Made by a program: the position numbers and the translations under genes
NCBI GenBank assembly: GCA_963833575.1
Contig: CAWHXY010000007.1
Span: 160,001 to 224,000 of the forward strand
Source: Candidatus Bathyarchaeota archaeon
Lineage (GTDB): Archaea > Thermoproteota > Bathyarchaeia > Bathyarchaeales > Bathycorpusculaceae
DNA: 64,000 nucleotides
Reading direction: 5' to 3'
Notes under the pieces: generated by a model
What the model was told of the DNA's origin: nothing
The model's input: the letters and a program-made list of their open reading frames with translations, nothing else
The model's database searches: none
Shown: in pieces, positions 1-8,255 of the stretch
Layout of the letters: every line of letters starts with the position of its first letter
Numbering within the stretch: position 1 is the stretch's first letter

Positions 1-194
1 ACTCCCGGTGCAGAAATAGAAATGATAGATGTAGAGATGCCGTTTTTATTCATAATCTGGAGGGTCTTTTTTACATTCCAATCCGGAAATTGCACTCCGA
101 GAGATTTTTTTATACCCTTCTGTGATAGGCTTTCCACGTATTCTTTAGGAATAATGTGATGATGGACATCTATTAGTTCAGATATTTCAGTCAT
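1..194 (-). CDS. Amidohydrolase family 2 protein (5' part only, runs off window)
   Basis: Hand translation from ATG at 194: MTEISELIDVHHHIIPKEY...TSIISISAPG; IDxHxH metal motif and SISAPG are typical of amidohydro_2 decarboxylases. Confidence 0.8.
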   Translation of the reverse strand, partial: MTEISELIDVHHHIIPKEYVESLSQKGIKKSLGVQFPDWNVKKTLQIMNKNGISTSIISISAPG

Positions 195-273
195 TATATC
201 GCCTCTTTGGTTCTTTAAATTAGCAATTATTTACAGTTTAATGCGCTAGTAACACAAACGCTACAATTTGCGT

Positions 274-600
274 TTATAAATCAATGTAGACTTGATTGTC
301 TTTCACTGATATCTTGTATGTCTGCATATCCTTTGCTCCACCTACTATCAGTCTTTTTGCACTAGAAACGTCCTTGCTTACTTTTCCACTTGTGACATCA
401 AATTGGGCATGATGTACTGGACAAATTACAACATTTTTCTCAAGTGTTCCAACTGGCAAGTAACCATGCATATGAGAACAGATGGCATCCATAGCATAGA
501 AATTTCCATCAACATTAGCTACGAGAATTTGTTTATCCTTAACAGTAAATCCTTTCATAGTACCCTTTGCTACGTCAGAGATTTCACAAACTTTTTCCAT
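274..600 (-). CDS. Rieske [2Fe-2S] ferredoxin
   Basis: CSH...CPVH Rieske motifs. Confidence 0.9.
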   Translation of the reverse strand: MEKVCEISDVAKGTMKGFTVKDKQILVANVDGNFYAMDAICSHMHGYLPVGTLEKNVVICPVHHAQFDVTSGKVSKDVSSAKRLIVGGAKDMQTYKISVKDNQVYIDL

Positions 601-1036
601 GTTTTCTATTTCGTCTATTGGGCATTAACCCTACTTGTTGCAGAAATGAAACATTGTCATAGTAATTTGATTCCCGGCTAAACTTGCCATTACGTACCTG
701 ATATATTGAGGTTCCGCGTACTGCAAAGGTCTTGCAGGTGGCGGGTACTGCGTTTTTGCTCATGGTGTTATTGGCAAAAGTGCCAGTCATGACCCACTCA
801 TCACCCGCCCAGTCGCCAGCCCCAAAAAAGGACTTTAGCTCAAAATTTATGTCAGGAAAATCAACCAACATGGTCTTTGTGTACGCGGTTATTTCTGCTT
901 TGCCACGATTGGCGATTCCAAGAGGAACATTCTCTAAAACACCGTCATCCGCAAAGTAAGCGATGATTTTGTCTGCGTCATGAGAATTGACTATTTTTAT
1001 GAATTCCTCAACCATCTTTTTTGTATCCGTTACCAT
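584..1036 (-). CDS. SnoaL-like / NTF2-fold ester cyclase
   Basis: FPD..., EWVMTGT, RG.SIY..RNGK...E.NYYD..LQQVG pattern. Confidence 0.85.
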   Translation of the reverse strand: MVTDTKKMVEEFIKIVNSHDADKIIAYFADDGVLENVPLGIANRGKAEITAYTKTMLVDFPDINFELKSFFGAGDWAGDEWVMTGTFANNTMSKNAVPATCKTFAVRGTSIYQVRNGKFSRESNYYDNVSFLQQVGLMPNRRNRKHGKSL

Positions 1037-1170
1037 CTAAAACTCACCTATTTTTTTCTTCTTAAAACTATATTCGTTTTAATAGTAATGGAAAACCTAG
1101 GGATTAGTTTTGTGGCGGATGCGTCCGTCTTTTCAACAACTTTATTTGATCTGAGGGCTTAGTTTAGCTT

Positions 1171-1824
1171 ATGCGTCGGCTTATTTTGGAGTTTAACAAA
1201 GACGAAAGCTATGGAGATAGTACACCACAACTTAAAAATGTAAAAACCTTAGAGCAGTTGCAGCTTCTCAGGCAGGACCAAGAAGAAATCGCAATGGTGT
1301 GTAGGGTGGAGTTTGAGGGGGCTGTTTCCAACGTTGAAGATTACTTCAAGCTTATCAATGATAATGTTTTTGAGGTCAAGCTTCTTGAACAAGAAAAAAC
1401 AGGATCATACATAATCTTCGTCAAAATAAGACTTACAAAATCGCCAAGCTCGAGTTTTAGTTTTGTGCGAAACGAAGGCAAGTATTTTGTCTCTCGCGAA
1501 GTTCGCGAGGGGAAAGTCAAGTTGACTTTTCTGGGAAGTGTAGGAGAAATTAGAAAAATTCTTGAAGAAGTTAAACGATGGGGGCGACGCTACAGGATTG
1601 TCTCGTTGACAGATGCGAAGTTTTCGCTTGATTCCCCACTTAATGTTTTGACGGAGCAGCAAAGAAAGGTTTTGATTGCCTGCTATAAATTGGGCTACTA
1701 TAACTTGCCGAGAAAAATCAGTTCTGAAGAGTTAGCGAAAAAACTCCGTCTTCACAAATCTGCTTTGGCGGCGCACCGCAGAAAAGCAGAATTACGCATA
1801 CTCACTCAGATGCTAAAGGAATAA
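1171..1824 (+). CDS. Bat-like (HTH_10) transcriptional regulator
   Basis: C-terminal LTEQQRKVL...GYYNLPRKISSEELA..L....HRRKAE motif; divergent from the catabolic genes. Confidence 0.9.
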   Translation: MRRLILEFNKDESYGDSTPQLKNVKTLEQLQLLRQDQEEIAMVCRVEFEGAVSNVEDYFKLINDNVFEVKLLEQEKTGSYIIFVKIRLTKSPSSSFSFVRNEGKYFVSREVREGKVKLTFLGSVGEIRKILEEVKRWGRRYRIVSLTDAKFSLDSPLNVLTEQQRKVLIACYKLGYYNLPRKISSEELAKKLRLHKSALAAHRRKAELRILTQMLKE

Positions 1825-2128
1825 AGGGCGTTGTTAGTTTTAGAGCACACTTAAACCGCTCTCCCAATTTCTGGGTGAAGGGGACAAACAAGAAAAGGAG
1901 CATAGAGCGATTGCTCGCTTAAATTTCAGCGCAGAGGATATAGCCTCTATCTTAAAAAACTATCAATGTTTGTTTGAAGGTTAGTTTATTGTTAATTTCT
2001 TGGGTCGAAGTAAACGTATAATGAAAAGGGCTCCTTTGCCTTCTTTGGCTCTCCCAAGCAAAGCGTTGATTTCATGGCAGAACTCGAAGCTTGAAACGGT
2101 TGGGTCTCTACCGGGCTTACCCCCGAAA

Positions 2129-2141
2129 TGGTCTGAGTCCC
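2129..2141 (+). repeat. 13-bp sequence TGGTCTGAGTCCC, inverted copy at 7961-7973
   Basis: Exact reverse complement GGGACTCAGACCA lies between the integrase start and the tRNA-Val 3' end. Confidence 0.6.
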
Positions 2142-2247
2142 TACGCTAAAAATTATTGAATAAGCTTTTTTCATGAATTTTGACCTAATTATAATCTGCA
2201 CCGCTCAAGTGTCTTTTTTTCTACGAAAATTCTATGCGTTATGTCAC

Positions 2248-2997
2248 TTAACCGTCGTATTTCTGTGCGACAGCGTAAAGCAAGCCCATTTTTGCCGTTA
2301 TTGAAACGTTGACGAATCCGATTTTCTCCAAAACAGCCCTTAACTTCTCTGGGCATAATCCCGGCGGTTCTTTTAATCCGAAAACGTCTTCGAAGAGAAT
2401 CTGGCTAAACATGCTATCGGTTTTCTCAGTTTCAATTGCCAAAAGCATCCCATCTTTTTTCAAGCTCAAATAGAGCTGGTTTACGTAGTTGACAATATCA
2501 GATGTTTCATTCCCGATTAAGCATCCGACTCCTAAAAAGCTCAAAGCCTTATCAAATGTGTTGGCGGAAACTTTCAAATCACTCGAATATGTTACGTCGG
2601 CACCTTTTAGAAAACGTTTCAACTCGTCATGGTCCAATGTGGAGAGCACTTTCTCTTTGCGGTTGATTTCTATAAGTCCCTTCACAATCCCCAAAATTCT
2701 GTTGACATGCTCAGAGGTGTCACAGCAAAATTTGACCGAACTAGTCAGATGATCATGCGTCTTTTGGGTGCCAACTTCTGTTAAAAAGTAGACTTTCTTG
2801 CGTGTTGCACCGTTGGTTTCAACTTTAAAGTCGATTAGGCCTTTTGTTTTGAGTACGTCAAGGACGGGGTAGATTGTGCCGGGGCTTCTGACTCTAAGAC
2901 GTTTCATCAGGTCTACTCCGCAGAGTTGCTCGTCTCTTAGAAGCATCATTATTTTGGCTTGCAGGGTGCCTGCGATTTCAGGTGAGGGTGTCCGCAT
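2248..2997 (-). CDS. PadR-family regulator fused to a degenerate methyltransferase-like domain
   Basis: SPGTIYPVL..L...GLI...RKKVYFLTE.G PadR motif; CC in linker; C-terminal TFD...LKKDG.L...LEKIGF resembles the back half of a class I MTase. Confidence 0.8.
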   Translation of the reverse strand: MRTPSPEIAGTLQAKIMMLLRDEQLCGVDLMKRLRVRSPGTIYPVLDVLKTKGLIDFKVETNGATRKKVYFLTEVGTQKTHDHLTSSVKFCCDTSEHVNRILGIVKGLIEINRKEKVLSTLDHDELKRFLKGADVTYSSDLKVSANTFDKALSFLGVGCLIGNETSDIVNYVNQLYLSLKKDGMLLAIETEKTDSMFSQILFEDVFGLKEPPGLCPEKLRAVLEKIGFVNVSITAKMGLLYAVAQKYDG

Positions 2998-3010
2998 GTT
3001 GATTGTCCAC

Positions 3011-3073
3011 TATCGGATACCAATACGAAATCTTATAAGCTTATCGGTATTTCCGATATTGGTGTGACCGATA
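3011..3073. promoter_or_regulatory. Divergent promoter with three TATYGG-N3/5-CCRATA palindromes around a palindromic CTTATAAG box
   Basis: Sites at 3011-3025, 3042-3058 and 3057-3073; CTTATAAG at 3032-3039. Confidence 0.7.
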
Positions 3074-3074
3074 C

Positions 3075-3989
3075 ATGACACAAGAAATGAAAAAACTAAT
3101 CGAAAACAGAAAATTCCTATTCTTCGGCGGAAAAGGAGGCGTAGGAAAAACAACAATTGCAGCCGCAACAGCCACATGGTTAGCCGACCAAGGCTGTAAC
3201 ACATTAATCGTCGCCACTGACCCAACAGTTAGCCTCTCAGCAACATACGAACAAAAAATAGGCGAAACCGAAATCACCAAAATCGACAAAATCGAAAACC
3301 TCTGCGGATTAAACATCAACCCCAAAAAGGCAACAGGCGTCTTCCAAACCAGACTACAAGGAATGATGCAAAACTTCGACCAAATCCTTGGAAAAGACGC
3401 CATCAGCAGTCCATGCGCAGAAGAAATGGCAGCTTTTGACCAATTCGTAACCTATCTTGGAGACAAAAAATACGACCACGTAGTATTCGACACAGCGCCC
3501 ACAGGCCATACACTCAGGGAGCTTTCGATGCCTTTTGATTGGTCGGGATACATGACCAACCAAATCAAGAACCGAAAAGAACTATCCGAAGCATTAGGCG
3601 GCGTGGATGAAAGCACGATAGAGGGTCTAAAGAAAGAGAAACAGCGATACGACCAAGCAGTAAGAAGCCTCTCAGACGAAAGCATATCTGCATTCAACCT
3701 AGTGATGTTGCCCGAAAAGCTGCCCATTGAGGAAACCGCTAGAGCCATGGCGGATTTGTCCAAGTTTGGCATAAACGTAGCAGCTTTAATTGTGAACGAG
3801 GTTATTCCCAAGGAGGTTCTAAATGGCAACTGGTTCCTTGAAAGACGAAGAGCAACACAAGAGAAGTACTTCCGAGAAATCGAGATTAGATTTAAGGATG
3901 TACTAAGAAAGGATGTCCCTCTCTTCGACACGGACATTTACGGTATTCAAAGCCTCAGAAAGGTTGGGAAGCACCTCTATGACCAATAA
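3075..3989 (+). CDS. arsA: ArsA/GET3-family anion-transporting ATPase (single domain)
   Basis: GKGGVGKTT, TDP, DTAPTGHTLR motifs; arsenic gene context. Confidence 0.9.
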   Translation: MTQEMKKLIENRKFLFFGGKGGVGKTTIAAATATWLADQGCNTLIVATDPTVSLSATYEQKIGETEITKIDKIENLCGLNINPKKATGVFQTRLQGMMQNFDQILGKDAISSPCAEEMAAFDQFVTYLGDKKYDHVVFDTAPTGHTLRELSMPFDWSGYMTNQIKNRKELSEALGGVDESTIEGLKKEKQRYDQAVRSLSDESISAFNLVMLPEKLPIEETARAMADLSKFGINVAALIVNEVIPKEVLNGNWFLERRRATQEKYFREIEIRFKDVLRKDVPLFDTDIYGIQSLRKVGKHLYDQ

Positions 3990-4323
3990 AATGTAAATCT
4001 CAATCCTTACTTTTTCTTGCTGTAATCCAGCTCTTAAGCCGATGGATGAACAGTATGTTTCAAAAGTAAAGGAAGTGCTGAGCAAAATAAACATCGAAGC
4101 GAAAGTTGAAATTGTAACTGCCACTGAAGTTCGTTATGGTCGGGAAGTCGGCGATATGAGTAAACTTGGGTCCTTGTTCAACAAATATGGCATGGAAGCA
4201 GCTCCGGCTTTGTTCATAAACGGCGAATTAATGCTCTATGGCGGTGTGCCTTCCACTGAAAAGCTATCTGAAGTAATTCAGAAGGCTGGTCAAGACGCAT
4301 CAAAAAAGTCGTCTTTTGTTTAA
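3979..4323 (+). pseudogene. ArsD-like thioredoxin-fold metallochaperone interrupted by in-frame TAA at 3994-3996 (93-aa ORF 4042-4323 remains)
   Basis: ATG 3979 overlaps the arsA stop and is in frame with 4042: MTNKM*ISILTFSCCNP...; C-terminal YGMEAAPALFINGELMLYGGVPSTEKL resembles ArsD. Confidence 0.65.
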
Positions 4324-4435
4324 ATGCTATTTTTCCCTCCATTTTTCTTTTAACCGTGCTGCGGAAAAAAATCCTCTCTGACCTAAAAGCAACTATCAGG
4401 AGACAAAAAAACTACAGTTTTTAAACAAAAGCAGT

Positions 4436-4747
4436 ATGCTTACTTATCAAGATGATCAAGCTGTGCCAAAGTTAGCTAAACCCACATGGTTTTACATTTT
4501 AGAAGCAGCAGAAGAGTTTAAGGGAAAACCATTCACTGTACCACAAATTATAGACAAGGTTCGTGAGAGGGCTCCAAGATCAAAACCATACACCATCCGT
4601 TGCAACATCTATGGATTGACTCCAAACCACCACTCAAGCAAAAATTATCCATCCCTTAAGAAACATGCCTCTTTCAAATACATTGGAAACGGGCAATTTC
4701 AAACACTGGAAAAAACAAGTATAACTAGTAAAACAGAAACAGAATGA
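4436..4747 (+). CDS. Small winged-helix-like hypothetical protein
   Basis: ILEAAEE..KPFTVPQIIDKV...TIRC...F...GNGQF wHTH-like pattern. Confidence 0.55.
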   Translation: MLTYQDDQAVPKLAKPTWFYILEAAEEFKGKPFTVPQIIDKVRERAPRSKPYTIRCNIYGLTPNHHSSKNYPSLKKHASFKYIGNGQFQTLEKTSITSKTETE

Positions 4748-4848
4748 TTTTAAGCACTTTATATGCCCGAGAATATTACCGGTTGGTCTACCCATAACAA
4801 AATTTAAATGTATTTATGGTTAAACTAACGTTAAGCAGGTGCTTGTTT

Positions 4849-5442
4849 ATGGGCCAAGAATGGAAAAAATGGACAAAAAACGATCTGATCTTTGGAATTA
4901 TCCTTCCCACAATCGCAGTTTTTGTCATTGTGTTAATTTCAAAACTCCCCTCCCTATTTGGGGGAGGCTTCGGAATCGTTACTGGACTTACAATGGAAAT
5001 ACTGGAACTTGTTGTCATAGTTGGTGTTCCCTTAGCTCTTGGTCTGCTTTGGAATCAATGGGCAGGCGGAGCCTCAGGATTCTTAATGGGTACATTCTAT
5101 GCGTTGTATTGGGCAAACAGTTTTCACGGAATTTCAGGTTCGGGCACAGTCCTGCTGGCTTATATCGTAAGCCCGATGTTAATCGGCTATATGGCTGGAG
5201 CATTAAATAAGCGGTCAGACAATTTCAGGAGATTATTAATTTCTGCCATTGTCGCTGCTACAATTGGAGGCATAGTAATGTTTAGTGTATTCCAAATGTC
5301 TCGTGCAAACGTTGTCACAGGGGTAACAGGATTTGCATTGACTGTCTTGGCACGTATGCTAGCAGCTGTGCTAACCGCTGTTGTGGTCAAAGTTTTCTGC
5401 TGGTATGGCATGGGCGCCAAAAAAGACCCAAATATTACTTAA
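4849..5442 (+). CDS. Integral membrane protein (~6 TM), function unknown
   Basis: Hydrophobic ORF; ATG 4849 follows GCAGGTG RBS-like sequence (track start 4816). Confidence 0.75.
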   Translation: MGQEWKKWTKNDLIFGIILPTIAVFVIVLISKLPSLFGGGFGIVTGLTMEILELVVIVGVPLALGLLWNQWAGGASGFLMGTFYALYWANSFHGISGSGTVLLAYIVSPMLIGYMAGALNKRSDNFRRLLISAIVAATIGGIVMFSVFQMSRANVVTGVTGFALTVLARMLAAVLTAVVVKVFCWYGMGAKKDPNIT

Positions 5443-5465
5443 CCCACTTTTTTTGGGGGCCTTCT

Positions 5466-5627
5466 ATGAGTCATGTTTATTGTGATAAAAAAAATTGCAT
5501 AAACTACAAAGAAGGACAATGTTCCCTTACTAACCCTGAAAAAATAGGGAACGATTGTCTTGATTTTGAAGATGCAATGGATGCTCTAAGACTTAGGGCA
5601 GACGCCATCAAAGGAACCCTCGGCTAA
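5466..5627 (+). CDS. 53-aa four-Cys protein (DUF1540-like)
   Basis: Hand translation MSHVYCDKKNCINYKEGQCSLTNPEKIGNDCLDFEDAMDALRLRADAIKGTLG. Confidence 0.65.
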   Translation: MSHVYCDKKNCINYKEGQCSLTNPEKIGNDCLDFEDAMDALRLRADAIKGTLG

Positions 5628-5639
5628 AAAATTGGGCTT

Positions 5640-6074
5640 TCAACTTTCTGTGAGGTCTCTTTCTTTCAACCATGCTTTCGTCTTTTCGTTGATTTGATCT
5701 CTTACTTCTCGGAATTTAGCTAATTTTTCTTCTTCTGTTCCTTGAAACGCTGCGGGGTCTTCGAAGGGCCAGTACAATCTTGTGGATACGCCTGGTATGG
5801 TGGGACACGCCTCTTCTGCTTTTACACAAACCGTTATGACTATCCCAAAATGTATCTTTCCAAGATACTCCGACAAAGCCTTAGAATGCTGATTACTTAG
5901 GTCATATCCTAATTCTCTCATTACCTTGACAGTGTAGGGGTGAATGGGCCGAGGATCGAAACCTGCACTATAAACTTCAAAATAATCACCAGCATATTTC
6001 CTCAAGAATGCCTCAGCTATTTGGCTCCGCGCCGAATTTCCTGTACAAAGAAAAATGACTTTGGTCTTTCCCAA
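5640..6074 (-). CDS. arsC: Arsenate reductase, thioredoxin-coupled LMW-PTP type
   Basis: CTGNSARSQ P-loop, VC...ACP, WPFEDP, FREVRDQI. Confidence 0.9.
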   Translation of the reverse strand: MGKTKVIFLCTGNSARSQIAEAFLRKYAGDYFEVYSAGFDPRPIHPYTVKVMRELGYDLSNQHSKALSEYLGKIHFGIVITVCVKAEEACPTIPGVSTRLYWPFEDPAAFQGTEEEKLAKFREVRDQINEKTKAWLKERDLTES

Positions 6075-6149
6075 ATCCTAATCAAAACCTCACTTAAGTA
6101 TTGGGGTACGCAAATTAATTTCTTTTCTCACTTACCATCAAGGAACCGC

Positions 6150-6491
6150 TTATGTTGTCCAAAATGAGTAGACTTCAACGTTATCTTTTTCAAATTGTTT
6201 CTTCAGAATGGCCTTGACCTCGTCCTCATCTAGGTTCAGAATCCCTCTCTTGTCTTTGTGCAATGGTATGCCAGTCTCCCTTAATGCGCCATCTTTTGGG
6301 AAGTCAAAGAACATAAAATATCGTTTATCATGCAACATTATGATTCTCAGGGTTGAAAGTTCTCTGTTTGGAGAGAGACCATTTTGCTCAAGGATAAAAG
6401 TTATTGAACGTGGTTTCTTTTCACTGACTAATCGTTTGTATGTTTCCCAATCTCTTATTCTTACATGACCGTCATTCGTCTCATTAGTCAT
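6150..6491 (-). CDS. Hypothetical protein in ars operon
   Basis: 113-aa ORF, co-oriented and tightly packed. Confidence 0.7.
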   Translation of the reverse strand: MTNETNDGHVRIRDWETYKRLVSEKKPRSITFILEQNGLSPNRELSTLRIIMLHDKRYFMFFDFPKDGALRETGIPLHKDKRGILNLDEDEVKAILKKQFEKDNVEVYSFWTT

Positions 6492-6497
6492 CAGTTG

Positions 6498-6677
6498 TTA
6501 ACCCTCGCTGCAAGCAACCCCTTGATCCATAGCGTTGACGTATTTTTCAACGTCTTCTCTGCTTTTAAATGGACCATAAATAATGTCGTATTGAGGATAT
6601 GTTTCCTTGCCGGATTCTCTTTCGCTCTCGAATATTGTTGGTTTAGCCTTTTCTCTTAATCCAACGTACAATTTCAT
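6498..6677 (-). CDS. 59-aa hypothetical protein ending in ACSEG
   Basis: Hand translation MKLYVGLREK...YDIIYGPFKSREDVEKYVNAMDQGVACSEG; AGGAG RBS; fills the gap in the operon. Confidence 0.7.
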   Translation of the reverse strand: MKLYVGLREKAKPTIFESERESGKETYPQYDIIYGPFKSREDVEKYVNAMDQGVACSEG

Positions 6678-6682
6678 TCTAA

Positions 6683-7081
6683 TTACTCCTTTAGTCCCGC
6701 AATCAGCTCCTGGACTAGGCGGTCAATTTGGTCTCTGATTTCCCGAACTTTTTGTACGGGTTTACCTTTTGGGTCTTCAAGGTGCCATTCGACTGTCGGC
6801 TTAAAGAAGGGCCCAGGGCAAACGCCTTGGTCATTGCAGCCCATGGTGACAATCAAGTCTGAATTCATTGCCATTTTTGCCGTTATCAGTTTTGGCTGGT
6901 TTGCTGAGATGCCGATGCCTTTTTCCTTCAAAACATCGACAACCAGCGGGTTAACCCTCTCGGCTGGCTTATTGCCGGCACTAGAAGCGATAACTTTTCC
7001 TTTTCCATGTTTTTTAGCAAAAGCCTCTGCCATTTGGCTTCTACCTGCATTCTCCACACATACAAATAAAATTCTCTTCAA
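6683..7081 (-). CDS. arsC: Second arsenate reductase, LMW-PTP type
   Basis: CVENAGRSQMAE, TMGC...VCP, WHLEDP, VREIRDQI. Confidence 0.9.
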   Translation of the reverse strand: MKRILFVCVENAGRSQMAEAFAKKHGKGKVIASSAGNKPAERVNPLVVDVLKEKGIGISANQPKLITAKMAMNSDLIVTMGCNDQGVCPGPFFKPTVEWHLEDPKGKPVQKVREIRDQIDRLVQELIAGLKE

Positions 7082-7407
7082 TGCTGATCTACCCCTATTT
7101 TAGTTCTTTTTTCAATCTTTACGCTGTAGGTATTTCTTAGCGACTTGATGATTTCATGCGTCTCTTTTTTTGATTGATGCTTAATGGCGCCTGCTGGACA
7201 TATTCCGTCGCATCCTGTGCATAATACTACGCAAGAGTTTGGGTTTTTTACAACTGACTTCTTTTTGTCTTCGCGTTCTTCCAGTTCGTACACACCCAGC
7301 TTGCAGTAATCTGCGCATTTTCCACAGTTGATGCACTTTTGGTAGTCTATCGTGGGGTACCAGGGTATTTTGTTTCGGGGGATTCCATGCCAAGTTTCTT
7401 CAGACAT
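7078..7407 (-). CDS. 2x[4Fe-4S] ferredoxin
   Basis: CINCGKCADYC and CVVLCTGCDGICP motifs; GGTGA RBS. Confidence 0.9.
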   Translation of the reverse strand: MSEETWHGIPRNKIPWYPTIDYQKCINCGKCADYCKLGVYELEEREDKKKSVVKNPNSCVVLCTGCDGICPAGAIKHQSKKETHEIIKSLRNTYSVKIEKRTKIGVDQH

Positions 7408-7922
7408 CTCTTCACCTTTGCTGCATATTGTTTTGAGTTACCTAAGACTTCAATGCGAACGCCAGAATGTGCTACAAATACGCTTGCAACTCGCATTTTT
7501 TTGTCTCCCGAAAGAAATATTCGCTTGAGTTCCTCCTTTGTGGGAACTCGCTCATCCCTAAGTGAAGGAGCATCCCCCGCGCCTCTTATCTTGATTTTTC
7601 TACGAATATCTTTTCCATTATGAGAAAGCCAAGATCTAATCGCCTTAAACACAGATTCCGTGTAACTTCCTGCATGACCAGCCTTCTCCATCGACGAGAC
7701 AAGATCGAGCAGCAGATTATACACTTCGACCTCATTTAGGGCAATCAATCCTTTCGGGGTGGTGCCATGATTCTCACAGAAAAAGCCAAGCCTTCTCAAG
7801 TACACGTCAGCTGTTACAGATGAGCCCCTAGAAACGTTATTATGCCAACGTTTCACGTCCACGTCCTCTAACAAGAATTGGTACTTTCGTTTTGGTGGAA
7901 AAGACTTTGCGGCTGGCGCCAT
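7347..7922 (-). pseudogene. Truncated tyrosine integrase (N-terminal domain to first catalytic Arg)
   Basis: TADVYLRRLGFFC...AIRSWL...RVPTKEELKRIF...HSGVRIEVLGN then similarity ends; no HxxR or Tyr; starts 60 bp from tRNA 3' end. Confidence 0.8.
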
Positions 7923-7982
7923 AACTAATTATTTAGAGCGGTTGCCATAAAAGCGTTGTGGGGACTCAGACCAGAGATGGAG

Positions 7983-8057
7983 TGGGCCGGACCGGATTCG
8001 GACCGGCGACCTTCTGCACGTCAAGCAGATGTCCTAACCAGGCTAGACGACCGGCCC
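7983..8057 (-). tRNA. tRNA-Val(GAC)
   Basis: GGGCCGG acceptor, TCTGC-TTGACGT-GCAGA anticodon arm; T-loop reads TCCGAAT. Confidence 0.93.
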
Positions 8058-8255
8058 ACAAATGCTTATCTTTTTTACAGTATTTTCCTATATAGATGCT
8101 TAGTCTAATAGGCTGTAATGCAATATCAAAATTCCCACTTCTATTAATCTATTTCCATGTTTAAAAAAACTGTAGACACTTGTTGAATCATATTTTGTTA
8201 TGATAGCAGTTTTAAGGTACATTATGTATATAGTGAGATTCAGGGCAAAAGGGCT

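Noticed and set aside
1830-2130. Search for an att direct repeat of the tRNA-Val 3' end
   Set aside because: No convincing copy found by eye, so the element boundary remains unproven
1992-2201. 69-aa ORF at the putative element boundary
   Set aside because: No recognisable motif or RBS; may be element-end sequence
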